NCBI GenBank assembly: GCA_965277285.1
Contig: OZ255721.1
Location: 160,001 to 224,000 of the forward strand
Source of the DNA: Abditibacteriaceae bacterium
Lineage (GTDB): Bacteria > Armatimonadota > Abditibacteriia > Abditibacteriales > Abditibacteriaceae
Length of the DNA stretch: 64,000 nucleotides
Reading direction: 5' to 3'
The notes under the pieces are model-generated. The model saw nothing but the letters and a program-made list of their open reading frames with translations, did no database searches and was not told the DNA's origin. Position 1 is the stretch's first letter, and each line of letters starts with the position of its first letter. The position numbers and the translations under genes are program-made. Positions 49,328-59,290 of this stretch are shown piece by piece.

Positions 49328-49987
49328 TCAATGCTTGACCATTTCGGGAGTTTCGCTGGCGACTTCGGGTTTCGCTTCGGCTTCCACCTGATGTTGTAAA
49401 TCGTTCAAATCGAGTTCGGTGGAAGGGCGAATGTCGGCTTTGAGGACGCGCTGCATCAAATCGAGCGCGTTTTGGTTGGCTTCCTGTGTGTTCGAGGCGA
49501 TGCAATCGGACGGCACGAAGATTTGAAAGTCGCGCATATAAGCGTCGTTGGCGGTGAAAAGCACGCAAATGTCGCCCGCGACGCCGGTTATAATCAAGGT
49601 TTTGGCGCCCAAATAATCGAGCAGAATGTCGAGATTGGTCGAAAAAAAGCCGCTGTGCTTGGGTTTCAAAACGAAATAATCGTCTTTGTCGGGCCGCAGC
49701 AAACGCACGATTTCTTCGCCTCGAACGCCGTCTTCCAAACAATGTTTGATGAGGTTGCGCGCATCGGAACGCCATTGGCCGAAGTTGTCATTGACGTAAA
49801 TGGTCGGGATTTTTGCTTGCGTCGCGCGCTTTTTCAGGTCGCAGATACGCTGCGCCATCGGAAGGGCGAAAGGCAAAAGTTTGTCGGCGTCTAGCCATTC
49901 CAAATCGTTGATGACATCGATGAGAAGCAGCACGACGCCCGAACTGTCGGGCACCATGCCATGTAAATCCTGGTTCTTGGTGGGCAT
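49328..49987 (-). CDS. Isochorismatase-family cysteine hydrolase
   Basis: LLLIDVIND, KPKHSGF, GVAGDICVLFTA. Confidence 0.9.
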   Translation of the reverse strand: MPTKNQDLHGMVPDSSGVVLLLIDVINDLEWLDADKLLPFALPMAQRICDLKKRATQAKIPTIYVNDNFGQWRSDARNLIKHCLEDGVRGEEIVRLLRPDKDDYFVLKPKHSGFFSTNLDILLDYLGAKTLIITGVAGDICVLFTANDAYMRDFQIFVPSDCIASNTQEANQNALDLMQRVLKADIRPSTELDLNDLQHQVEAEAKPEVASETPEMVKH

Positions 49988-50246
49988 GAAATCGCGTTGC
50001 GCAAACACAATGCCTGCAAACGGCAATTTCGACAATCGAGTACTCGATTGGCTGCCTTGATTCTTTTTGTCAATCTTTAGGAAAAACGCTGAGCGAGTCA
50101 TACCTTTGGTGGAATAAAAAACCGTTTTGCTATTTCTTTCCACATCGCTATCGCAATTTGCTAAACTGCGCCTATTCCCTTTTCTGGCCGCACGCGTTCT
50201 TCCCGTGGCGCGACTCGAAACACTTTGAAACACTTTGAGGCACTCT

Positions 50247-52796
50247 ATGAAACGTCTTGGTTTTTCTGCACGTAATGCGGCTTTGCTGGTGTTTTTCTGC
50301 TTGTTCAGCCTTTGGCTTGTCCAGAGCCAGAGTCAGAGCGTAAAAGCGCAAGACTCGACCACGCCCGATTCAACAACCGCGGGTGCAACGACTTCGGGCG
50401 CAACGACTTCGGGTGCAACGACTTCGGGCGTAACGGAGCCAGGCGGCAAAGTCAAATTGATTGTCTGGGGATTAGCGTCGGGCAAGGAAACGGCGGGGCC
50501 AGATGCTCAGGTGGCCGAGTTCGAGCGGCGCAATCCCGACATCGAAGTGTCGCGTCTCTCGATGGGTGCGGGCGATATGAACCCGCAAAAGCTGATGACT
50601 TCGGTTGTCGGCGGTGTGGCGCCGGACGTTATCAATCAGGATCGCTTTACTGTCGGCGACTGGGCTTCGCGCGACACATTTACACCGCTCGATACTTTTA
50701 TCAACGCGCAGGCAAAAAATGATCCGATGGCGATTCGTCAGGCGAACTATTATCCCGCGACATGGCAGGAAGCGGTTTATAAAGGTCGTCCGTATGCGAT
50801 TCCGACCGGCGTTGATGACCGCTTGTTGTTCTACAATCGCCAAGCTTTCCGCGAAGTTGGCCTGGATCCGAATCATCCGCCGCGCACCTGGGAAGAGCTT
50901 CAGGATTATGCCAAGAAGCTAACGCAACTCAACAAAGATGGCAGTTACAAGCGCATCGGTTTTATCCCGAACTACGGCAACTCGTGGCTGTATTTGTATT
51001 CGTGGCAGAACGGCGGCGAGTTCATGAGTCCTGACGGTCGCACCTGCACCTTGAACAATAAGTACTCGGTAGATGCTTTGAAATACATGGTCAGCGTTTA
51101 CGATGCTTTGGGCGGCTATGACAAAGTCAATGTTTTTCAAAGCAGCTTCCAAAGTAACGAGCAAGACCCATTCTTTACCGGTAAAATTGGCATGGTCATC
51201 AACGGCTCGTGGGTCGTGCCGACTATCGCGCGTTATGCGCCGGGCCTGGATTTTGGAGTCGCGCCGCCGCCAGTTCCCGCCGAGCGTTTGAAAGGCACTG
51301 CAGATAATAAAGGTCGCTTCGCCGGACAACCTCCTTACATTACTTGGATTGGCGGCTACTCGTTCGCTATTCCACGCGGCTCCAAGCATCCTAACGAAGC
51401 TTGGCGCTTTATCAAGTGGATGAATAGTATGGAAGCAGTGCTCATCGGCAGCAATGCCGACAAGAAGTTCAACGAAAGCAAAGGCCGTCCCTACATCTTC
51501 TCGCTTTCCACACAGCCGAAAGTTAATGAGACGCTGCTGAAGGCTTTTCCTCCAGCTAATAAGAACCTTTATGACGCACAAAAGATGTTCATCGACTACT
51601 TGCCTTTGGCCAAGTACCGTCCCGTGACCTTCATCGGCCAAACCTTGTGGGACGAACACGTTCGCGCCTTCGAGCAAGCGGTGACACATGCTCAAACACC
51701 ACAAGATGCCTTGGAAGCTGGTCGCAAAACCGTGCAGCGCGAATTGGATAAATCCTTCGCGCGCGCCAACCTGCCGATTTTCTCTTTTGTCGGCCCTGCT
51801 ATTATTGTCGGTCTCTTAGGTTTGGTTGGCGTGGGCATCGGTGCCATGAACGTGCGTCGTCAGGTACGTCATTCTCGTTTGGCACAGCGTGAAACCATTG
51901 CTGGCTATATGATGGCCGGGCCGTGGATTTTCGGCTTTGTGGCGCTCACATTGGGGCCGATTTTAGCGTCGATGATGATGGCATTTTGTGACTACGATGT
52001 GCTGCATGCGCCTCGTTATCTGGGAGTCGGCAACTTCCAGTTGCTGATGACCGATGATCGCAGTATGTTGCTACACGCTTTGGGAAATGCCGCTTACCTG
52101 GCGATTATTGGCATTCCCTTGGGAATGGGGACGGGGCTTGGCATCGCCATGCTGCTGAACATGAAGGTCAAAGGCATGAAGTGGTATCGGACGGCGTTCT
52201 ACATTCCTTCCATTGTGCCGACGATTGCATCAGCTGCATTATGGCTGTGGGTATTGGCAGGCGACCCTGGCAAGGGCTTAATCAACGCCTTGTGGAATGT
52301 AACGCTGACTCCTTGGTTCGGCTGGTCGCCGCCAGGTTGGTTTGCTGTCGCAGAGTGGGCAAAGCCAGGTTTGGTTATGCAGGGCTTGTGGGGCGCAGGC
52401 GGCGGCATGATTTTGTGGCTGGCTGGTTTGCAGGGAGTGCCACAAAGTCTGTATGAAGCAGCGAGCATTGATGGCGCCAAAGGCTGGGCGCAGTTCCGCC
52501 ATGTCACCTTACCGATGCTGTCACCTTACATCTTCTTCAACCTCATTATGGGCACCATTGGCGCGTTGCAGGAGTTCGACCGCGTTTATGTGTTGGCTGG
52601 TGGAGCGGGCGGAGCCGGGCCACTCGATTCGCTGTTGATGCCGGTCTTGTTCCTGTTCAACAATGCGTTCCGCTATTTCAAGATGGGTTATGCCAGCGCG
52701 ATTGCGTGGATAATCTTCGTCATCATTCTGCTGCTGACCTTGATTCAGTGGCAGGCGCAGAAGTACTGGGTGCATTACGAAACAGACAAGAAGTGA
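50247..52796 (+). CDS. Sugar ABC transporter solute-binding protein fused to permease (CUT1 family)
   Basis: SBP family 1 motifs (LLFYN, PPRTWEEL, IGGYSFAIP) followed by permease TMs with LYEAASIDGA and MGYASA. Confidence 0.9.
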   Translation: MKRLGFSARNAALLVFFCLFSLWLVQSQSQSVKAQDSTTPDSTTAGATTSGATTSGATTSGVTEPGGKVKLIVWGLASGKETAGPDAQVAEFERRNPDIEVSRLSMGAGDMNPQKLMTSVVGGVAPDVINQDRFTVGDWASRDTFTPLDTFINAQAKNDPMAIRQANYYPATWQEAVYKGRPYAIPTGVDDRLLFYNRQAFREVGLDPNHPPRTWEELQDYAKKLTQLNKDGSYKRIGFIPNYGNSWLYLYSWQNGGEFMSPDGRTCTLNNKYSVDALKYMVSVYDALGGYDKVNVFQSSFQSNEQDPFFTGKIGMVINGSWVVPTIARYAPGLDFGVAPPPVPAERLKGTADNKGRFAGQPPYITWIGGYSFAIPRGSKHPNEAWRFIKWMNSMEAVLIGSNADKKFNESKGRPYIFSLSTQPKVNETLLKAFPPANKNLYDAQKMFIDYLPLAKYRPVTFIGQTLWDEHVRAFEQAVTHAQTPQDALEAGRKTVQRELDKSFARANLPIFSFVGPAIIVGLLGLVGVGIGAMNVRRQVRHSRLAQRETIAGYMMAGPWIFGFVALTLGPILASMMMAFCDYDVLHAPRYLGVGNFQLLMTDDRSMLLHALGNAAYLAIIGIPLGMGTGLGIAMLLNMKVKGMKWYRTAFYIPSIVPTIASAALWLWVLAGDPGKGLINALWNVTLTPWFGWSPPGWFAVAEWAKPGLVMQGLWGAGGGMILWLAGLQGVPQSLYEAASIDGAKGWAQFRHVTLPMLSPYIFFNLIMGTIGALQEFDRVYVLAGGAGGAGPLDSLLMPVLFLFNNAFRYFKMGYASAIAWIIFVIILLLTLIQWQAQKYWVHYETDKK

Positions 52797-52874
52797 CGCT
52801 ATTGAGTACTCGATTCGACACAGCCCTCAAGCTGAATGTTGAACGGCAAAGTTTGGTTTAGAAAAGGTGCTTCC

Positions 52875-54188
52875 ATGAATGCAGTCCTCTGGTTTTTGGC
52901 TATTGCTTTGAGTTTCGTTGCCAGTATATATGTGCTGGCGGCAATTATAACTTCCATCCGTGCGCTGCAGCCGCCCATGATCGGGCTTTCTCTGGGGCTG
53001 GGGCTGGCTTTTGCATTTGGCGTTTGGGGTTCAATTACCAGTCGTATGCCTCTTGTTTTATGCATCGCGGCTTTTGCAGTAGGGATTGCGGCGGGTGCAT
53101 TAACGCGCCGTTTATCCTCGACACAAGCGCGCGCTGGTCAAACTATTCGTTTATCTGCCGCTCACCTGGCACTGGTTGCAGGTTCGATCATCTTCCTGAT
53201 TCCTTTCGCGTGGCTGATTTCGACTTCACTTAAGCCGGACGATGAAATGGCAGTTTTTCCACCAGTGTGGATTCCGACACAGCAGGTGACGACCAACCGC
53301 GTTCTTAACACGGATTCGGGCAAACCTGCAGGCATTTCGTGGTGGACCAAAGGAGGCAGCAAGATTCGCGTGGCCGAAACCGCTGACTTGCCATCGGGAC
53401 AAGTGCAAGTGCAGCCGATTTCTGAAACCGGTGACAAGACCGGGCAAAGCGCAGTTGCTGACCTCGCCGACCTGACTAAGATTCGTCATGTCTCGCCGCG
53501 TTGGGAAAACTATACCGAGGCGCTGACTTATTTGCCGCCTGAAACGCACTACGGTCTGGTGTTTTTGGGCAACACGTTGATCTTGACGATTCTCTCTACT
53601 ATCGGCACGTTGCTGTCCTCGTCGCTTGTAGCGTACTCGTTTGCACGCTTGCGCTGGCCGGGTAAAAATCTGTTGTTCGTCCTGCTTTTGGCGACGATGA
53701 TGGTGCCGGGCGCCGTTACCATGATGCCTCAGTTTCTGATCTTTCGTTCGCTGGGCTGGATTGACACCTTGCGACCTTTGTGGGTGCCAGCGTTCTTCGG
53801 TTCGGCGTTCAACGTTTTTCTGTTGCGCCAGTTCTTCATGTCGATCCCAACCGAGTTGGAAGACGCCGCCAAAATCGACGGTTGCGGCGCTTTCGGCATC
53901 TATTGGCGCGTCATGCTGCCTTTGGTGAAGCCCGCGCTGGCTTCGGTCTCCATTATGTCGATCATGGGCGCATGGAACAGTTTTCAGGGGCCGCTGATTT
54001 ATCTGTCGTCGCCGGAAAAAATGCCGCTCGCTTATGCTCTGCAGCTTTATCAGACGCAGCACGGCGGCGAACCTGGCCTGATGATGGCGGCTTCGACATT
54101 AGTAGTATTGCCGATCATCGTCCTCTTCTTCTTCACGCAACGTTACTTCATCGAAGGTATTTCGCTTTCCGGTCTGGGCGGACGGTAA
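52875..54188 (+). CDS. Sugar ABC transporter permease (MalG-like) with N-terminal membrane extension
   Basis: PFAWLISTSLK, AYSFARL, LEDAAKIDG, QRYFIEG. Confidence 0.9.
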   Translation: MNAVLWFLAIALSFVASIYVLAAIITSIRALQPPMIGLSLGLGLAFAFGVWGSITSRMPLVLCIAAFAVGIAAGALTRRLSSTQARAGQTIRLSAAHLALVAGSIIFLIPFAWLISTSLKPDDEMAVFPPVWIPTQQVTTNRVLNTDSGKPAGISWWTKGGSKIRVAETADLPSGQVQVQPISETGDKTGQSAVADLADLTKIRHVSPRWENYTEALTYLPPETHYGLVFLGNTLILTILSTIGTLLSSSLVAYSFARLRWPGKNLLFVLLLATMMVPGAVTMMPQFLIFRSLGWIDTLRPLWVPAFFGSAFNVFLLRQFFMSIPTELEDAAKIDGCGAFGIYWRVMLPLVKPALASVSIMSIMGAWNSFQGPLIYLSSPEKMPLAYALQLYQTQHGGEPGLMMAASTLVVLPIIVLFFFTQRYFIEGISLSGLGGR

Positions 54189-54200
54189 GCCGAACTGTAA

Positions 54201-54248
54201 ACAACCCAAAGCGCGCTATCGAGTACTCGATAGCGCGCTTTGGGTTGT
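54201..54248. terminator. Perfect 48-bp palindrome centred on TCGAGTACTCGA
   Basis: ACAACCCAAAGCGCGCTA-TCGAGTACTCGA-TAGCGCGCTTTGGGTTGT, 12 nt after the permease stop. Confidence 0.8.
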
Positions 54249-54322
54249 GATTATGCGCAAGGCACTTTGGCGGTCTTAAACCAGCGCGTGCAGCTCGAAT
54301 GAAACATGACAAAGAACTTTAG

Positions 54323-54504
54323 GTGGCTTGATCGGTGAGAATTTGCGGATAAGCGCGTATTAATTGGAATCGAACGAACCCAAGTTGTTACTTATGAACA
54401 CCTGCCCGTGAACGAGCGGACTAAGAAGACAAAGCCCGCCGCTTCAGCGGCGGGCGTCATCGGTAGGTGGCAGCTTGGGTTAAGTAGCTCACTCATTGAG
54501 CCAC
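54323..54504 (+). ncRNA. Candidate ~180-nt structured RNA, family unassigned
   Basis: Nested stems 54323-54332/54495-54504, GTGAG/CTCAC and 54377-54391/54467-54481, plus hairpin 54434-54455; five mismatches are G.U pairs on the + strand. Confidence 0.45.
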
Positions 54505-54550
54505 TATCGTATTTGAAAGAGTTTGTAGCACGGCACAAAATGATGCAGTG

Positions 54551-54600
54551 AACAAGCAAAGGCGCGCTATCGAGTACTCGATAACGCGCCTTTGCTTGTT
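54551..54600 (-). terminator. 50-bp palindrome (one G.U on the minus strand) centred on TCGAGTACTCGA
   Basis: AACAAGCAAAGGCGCGCTA-TCGAGTACTCGA-TAACGCGCCTTTGCTTGTT, 12 nt past the ABC ATPase stop. Confidence 0.8.
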
Positions 54601-54612
54601 TGGAGCGATGGT

Positions 54613-55782
54613 TTACACAATCGCTAATTTTGTTTCTGTATCGAAGACGTGTGCGGCATTGGCGTCCAGGATGACATCGAGCGGCGTGTTTTCGTGGGCG
54701 CGGGTTTCGGCGCCTACATTGGAGATCAAGGTGTGTTCACCCGAAGTGAGATAAAGCAGCGAAGTCGCGCCCATCGCTTCGACGACATCAACGTTCATCG
54801 TTGTCTCGTTGCCCGCGTCGCCATTATAGGACATCAACGATTTGTCGTGAATATCTTCGGGACGAATGCCCAGCACGACTTTCTTGCCCTGATAACCCGC
54901 CAATCCTCCGCTCCGCGCGGCAGGAATTTTTAACTTGAAAGAGCCGGCATCGACGACGGCGCCATCGTTATCAATCGAGGCGACTTGCGCATCGACAAAG
55001 TTCATTGCAGGCGTTCCCAAAAATCCCGCCACGAACATATTGGCCGGTTCGTGATACAGCTTGAGCGGCGTATCGCATTGCTGCAAAAGGCCGCCTTGCA
55101 TAACCGCGATGCGCTGTCCCATCGTCATCGCTTCCACTTGATCGTGCGTCACGTAAACCGTTGTCACGCCCAATTTACGGTGCAGCTTGATAAGTTCGGC
55201 GCGCGTTTGAACGCGCAGTTGAGCGTCTAAGTTCGATAGCGGTTCATCCATCAAAAAGACTTCGGGATGGCGCACAATGGCGCGTCCCAAAGCGACGCGC
55301 TGGCGTTGTCCGCCGGAAAGCGCCTTGGGTTTGCGGTTGAGCAGGTGCTTGATGCCAAGCAAATCCGCCGTTTCCTGAATGCCCTTGTCTATTTCCTGGC
55401 GGATGCGGCGCGTTTCGCTCATTTGCGTCAGTTGCTGGAACGCGCCCGGCAATTTACGAATTTTCAGGCCGAACGCCATGTTGTCGTAAACGCTCATGTG
55501 CGGATACAGCGCGTAGTTCTGGAACACCATGGCGATATTGCGATCTCCGGGCGGCGCGTCATTGACCACGCGGTCACCGATGCGAATTTCGCCGGACGTG
55601 ACATCTTCCAGTCCAGCGATCATGCGCAAAGCTGTTGTTTTGCCGCAACCCGAAGGCCCGACCAAAACCAGAAACTCACCGTCGCGGATTTCCAAATTCA
55701 AGTCTTTGACCGCTGCAACTTCTTGTTTCGTCGTCGGGTCAGGAAACCGCTTGTTCAAATTGCACAAGGACACACTTGCCAT
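54613..55782 (-). CDS. Sugar ABC transporter ATP-binding protein (MalK/MsmX/UgpC family)
   Basis: GPSGCGKT, VFQNYALYPH, LSGGQRQR, DEPLSNLD, YVTHDQ, TOBE C-terminus. Confidence 0.95.
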   Translation of the reverse strand: MASVSLCNLNKRFPDPTTKQEVAAVKDLNLEIRDGEFLVLVGPSGCGKTTALRMIAGLEDVTSGEIRIGDRVVNDAPPGDRNIAMVFQNYALYPHMSVYDNMAFGLKIRKLPGAFQQLTQMSETRRIRQEIDKGIQETADLLGIKHLLNRKPKALSGGQRQRVALGRAIVRHPEVFLMDEPLSNLDAQLRVQTRAELIKLHRKLGVTTVYVTHDQVEAMTMGQRIAVMQGGLLQQCDTPLKLYHEPANMFVAGFLGTPAMNFVDAQVASIDNDGAVVDAGSFKLKIPAARSGGLAGYQGKKVVLGIRPEDIHDKSLMSYNGDAGNETTMNVDVVEAMGATSLLYLTSGEHTLISNVGAETRAHENTPLDVILDANAAHVFDTETKLAIV

Positions 55783-56055
55783 AAGAGAGCACTCGTTTTG
55801 TGAAGGATAGCTTAAATATACATCGTCTCAGCACTTTGTGGTAATTGTGGCGTATATTATGGCATACACTGTCGAAAAAACGCCGGACTAAATCTTTCCG
55901 ATTCATCCTTTCGAGTACTCGAATTGAGCAGAACAAAGGGCGTAGCGCGCGACGTTCTGCAGTTTGCAAACCGAACATTGTTACTTCCTTGCGCAGCTTA
56001 CTTCTTGGCACCATGCCAGCAAGAAACTACAACCAAACGATCCGTTGATTCTTTT

Positions 56056-56775
56056 ATGCAGCTTCTCGAGTACTCGAATCCCGACGCCGCGCACCTTTTG
56101 GCGTGCGATCACGCGCTGTTGGATGAACGCGAAACTCTTGGCGGCGACGATGTTCTGGTTTTCTGGGAAGCTACGTCGCCATTTATCGTTTTGGGTTACA
56201 CAGAACACTCAGCGCGCGAAGCCAATCTCGAAGAATGCACGCGAGGAAATATCCCGATTTTGCGGCGTATTAGCGGCGGCGGAACCGTTTTGCAAGGTCG
56301 TGGTTGTCTCAATTATTCCTTAGTTTTGCGCATCGAAAACCATGCGGAATTGTCGAATTTGAGCGATACCAATCGCTTCTTGATGAATCGCACGCGCGAC
56401 GCATTGCAACCTTTGTTGACACCGCAAATTGAGGTTCGCGGCACGTCGGATTTAACTTTCAACGGGCTGAAGTTTTCTGGCAATGCGCAGCGTCGCAAAA
56501 AGAATTTCCTGCTTTTCCACGGCACGTTTTTATATGACTTCGATTTGAGTTTGCTTGGTCGTTTTTTGCAAATGCCATCGCGCCAACCAGATTATCGTAA
56601 GAGTCGCAGCCACCTCGACTTCGTGACAAATCTTCCACTTTCGCCTTATGCCATCAAAGAAGCGCTGCGCCAGGCGTGGAACGCCAATCGAGTACTCGAA
56701 AGCGTGCCGCATCAACGCATCGAACAATTGGCACGCGAGATTTATTCGCAGGACACGTGGAATAGAAAGTTCTGA
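56056..56775 (+). CDS. Lipoate-protein ligase A family protein
   Basis: RRISGGGTV, LNYS, SDL, KFSGNAQ, HGTFL. Confidence 0.88.
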   Translation: MQLLEYSNPDAAHLLACDHALLDERETLGGDDVLVFWEATSPFIVLGYTEHSAREANLEECTRGNIPILRRISGGGTVLQGRGCLNYSLVLRIENHAELSNLSDTNRFLMNRTRDALQPLLTPQIEVRGTSDLTFNGLKFSGNAQRRKKNFLLFHGTFLYDFDLSLLGRFLQMPSRQPDYRKSRSHLDFVTNLPLSPYAIKEALRQAWNANRVLESVPHQRIEQLAREIYSQDTWNRKF

Positions 56776-56777
56776 AC

Positions 56778-56877
56778 GGTCTTTGGTCTTGGAGCTTTGG
56801 TTTTTGAGTTCCTGATACCAAATAGTTAAGCGTTCGATATCAGTTTCCCAAAGACCAAAGCTCCAAGACCAAAGACC
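56778..56877. repeat. Inverted repeat built from 7-bp units
   Basis: GGTCTTTGGTCTTGGAGCTTTGGT ... ACCAAAGCTCCAAGACCAAAGACC. Confidence 0.8.
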
Positions 56878-56947
56878 ATTTCAAGTTGTGGCACGCGAAA
56901 CGCGCTAAGGCCGCCGCTTCTTACAAAATTGAATCGCGGAGAACCTT

Positions 56948-57775
56948 ATGAGATTGCAAGATAAAGTCGTGTTGATTACGGGCGCCAGCAGCGGCATTGG
57001 CAAAGGCATCGCCGAACGTTTCGCCGCTGAAGGCGCGCACGTCGCCGTGAACTATTTGCCAGTCGGACACAATGAAGCCGACGCCGAGCAGGAAGTCGCA
57101 ACCTTTGGCACGACCGGAATTGCGACCGCAGCGGATATTTCGCAGCGCGATCAGGTCGAAAAAATGGTCGCCGATGTCGTGGCAAAGTTCGGGCGTCTGG
57201 ACGTTTGTATTAACAACGCGGGCATCGAATTCAAAAAGCCGTTCTTGGAAGTCACCGATGCCGATTGGAACAAGGTCATTGCCGTCAACTTGTTCGGTTC
57301 CTATCTGGTCAGCCAGGCTGCAGCACGCCAGATGGTGCAGCAAAACGGCCTCAATCCCGACGGCACATCGCCCGATTTCACCGATCCCAAAGTTGGCGCC
57401 GAAGGCAGTCAGGGCAAGTTGATTTTTATTTCTTCGGTGCACGAAGACATTCCATTTCCAGGTTATACGGCGTATTGCGCCTCGAAAGGCGGCGTGCGCA
57501 TGATGATGCGCAACATTGCGATGGAACTCGCGCCCTATAAAATCAATTGCAATAATATCGCGCCGGGAGCGATTGCAACACCGATCAACCAGAGCGTTTT
57601 GACCGATCCGCAGGCGATGAAAAACGCGATTACGGAAATCCCGTGGGGACGTTTTGGAACGCCGGATGAAGTCGCGGGCGTCGCCTTGTTCCTGGCCAGC
57701 AGCGATTCGGATTACGTAACGGGCAGCACTTATTACGTTGATGGCGGCCTGACGCAGCAAGTCACGTTGTATTGA
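56948..57775 (+). CDS. Glucose 1-dehydrogenase-like SDR oxidoreductase
   Basis: TGASSGIG, NNAG, SSVHE, YCASKGG, PGAIATPIN. Confidence 0.9.
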   Translation: MRLQDKVVLITGASSGIGKGIAERFAAEGAHVAVNYLPVGHNEADAEQEVATFGTTGIATAADISQRDQVEKMVADVVAKFGRLDVCINNAGIEFKKPFLEVTDADWNKVIAVNLFGSYLVSQAAARQMVQQNGLNPDGTSPDFTDPKVGAEGSQGKLIFISSVHEDIPFPGYTAYCASKGGVRMMMRNIAMELAPYKINCNNIAPGAIATPINQSVLTDPQAMKNAITEIPWGRFGTPDEVAGVALFLASSDSDYVTGSTYYVDGGLTQQVTLY

Positions 57776-57805
57776 GAAGCAGGGATGAGAGGAAAGGGAT
57801 GAGTT

Positions 57806-57833
57806 GTACGGGCGAGGCATGCCTCGCCCGTAC
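57806..57833. repeat. Perfect 28-bp GTAC-type REP palindrome
   Basis: GTACGGGCGAGGCATGCCTCGCCCGTAC, nested in a purine/pyrimidine inverted repeat. Confidence 0.8.
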
Positions 57834-57904
57834 GTCGCGCCCTGAATATCAAACCATCCCTTTCCCTTCATTCCTCGTTATCGAGTACTCGAAAGTGAAA
57901 TCTT

Positions 57905-59167
57905 ATGACACAAGAAGCTACACAAAAGAAAAAAGTCGTCGTAATTGGGATGGGTTTCGGTGGATTGCGCGCCGTGCAACATCTCGAAGGCCATGGCATG
58001 GACATTTTGGCGCTCGACCGTCGCAATTTTCACTTGTTTCAGCCGCTGTTGTATCAAGTCGCTACGGCGATGCTGGAGCAGGAAGCGATTGCGTCCTCGT
58101 TGCGCGCGCTGACGCACAAGTGGAAAGACACGCGCTTTGAAATGTCGGAAGTGCAAAGCGTCGACCTGGACAAAAAAGTCATTCACACGCCGTCGCGCGA
58201 AATTCCCTACGATTATTTAGTTGTTGCAGCCGGCAGTGTGACCAATTTTTTCAACAACGAAGCGATTCAAAAGAACGCTTTCGACTTGAAGCAGTTGGAC
58301 GATGCTGTGAAATTGCGCAACCACATCCTGAGCGTTTATGAAGACGCAGTGAAAGAAGCCGACGCTGCCAAGCGCGCCGCCCTGATGACGTTTGTCATTG
58401 TCGGCGGCGGCCCAACCGGAGTCGAATTCGCGGGCGCTCTGGCCGAACTGACGCAAACCATTCTGAACAAAGATTATCCCGAACTTGACGTGAAACGCAG
58501 CCGCATTATTCTGGTCGAAGCGCACGAATGCGTTTTGGCGATGTTTCCCCGACGCTTGCAACAATATGGCGAACGTCGCTTAAAGCGAATGGGCGTGCAG
58601 ATTCGCTTCAACTCGTATGTGACGGACGCCACGCCGGAAATTGTGACATTGAAAGACGGCACGCAGATTCCGGCACGCACGCTTTTCTGGGCGGCTGGTG
58701 TTCGCACGGCGCCTTTAGCGGACGCGATTCCTGCGCCCAAAGCCAAAGCCGGACGCATCATCGTGCAGCCCGATTTGACGATCAAAGATCATCCCGAAGT
58801 GTTCGTCATCGGCGACATGGCGTATCTCGAGCAAAACGGCGACGCTTTGCCAATGGTCGCACCGGTCGCCATGCAAGGTGGCGTTTACGCAGCGGAGACG
58901 ATCCTCAAGCGCGAGAAAGGCGAAATGGTCAAACCGTTTCACTTTTTTGATAAAGGTTCGATGGCGGTTATCGGGCGCGGTTCGGCTGTCGCTTCGGCCT
59001 TTGGAATCAGCTTGCAGGGGTTTTTCGCGTGGCTGGCATGGCTGGGATTGCACTTGTTTTATCTGGTCGGTTTTCGCAACCGCTTATTCACGCTGGTCAA
59101 CTGGGTGTATGAGTTTTTGTTTTATGATCGCCAGGTGCGACTAATCACACGCAACGACGATAAATAA
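57905..59167 (+). CDS. ndh: Type II NADH:quinone oxidoreductase
   Basis: GMGFGG, FQPLLYQVAT, VGGGPTGVEFAG, WAAGV, IGD, DKGSMAVIGR. Confidence 0.9.
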   Translation: MTQEATQKKKVVVIGMGFGGLRAVQHLEGHGMDILALDRRNFHLFQPLLYQVATAMLEQEAIASSLRALTHKWKDTRFEMSEVQSVDLDKKVIHTPSREIPYDYLVVAAGSVTNFFNNEAIQKNAFDLKQLDDAVKLRNHILSVYEDAVKEADAAKRAALMTFVIVGGGPTGVEFAGALAELTQTILNKDYPELDVKRSRIILVEAHECVLAMFPRRLQQYGERRLKRMGVQIRFNSYVTDATPEIVTLKDGTQIPARTLFWAAGVRTAPLADAIPAPKAKAGRIIVQPDLTIKDHPEVFVIGDMAYLEQNGDALPMVAPVAMQGGVYAAETILKREKGEMVKPFHFFDKGSMAVIGRGSAVASAFGISLQGFFAWLAWLGLHLFYLVGFRNRLFTLVNWVYEFLFYDRQVRLITRNDDK

Positions 59168-59212
59168 AAATCGCCGCGAAGGACGCAAAGGGAAGAAGGA
59201 AAGAATCGTCGT

Positions 59213-59290
59213 AAAAGTTCGTCATTCTGAGCGCAGCGAAGAATCTAACTGTAACCAGATTCTTCGCTGCGCTCAGAATGACGAACTTTT
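59213..59290. repeat. GTCATTCTGAGCG REP-like inverted repeat (copy 4), nested inside a CCGCGAAG..CTTCGCGG inverted repeat
   Basis: AAAAGTTCGTCATTCTGAGCGCAGCGAAGAATCT ... AGATTCTTCGCTGCGCTCAGAATGACGAACTTTT. Confidence 0.9.
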
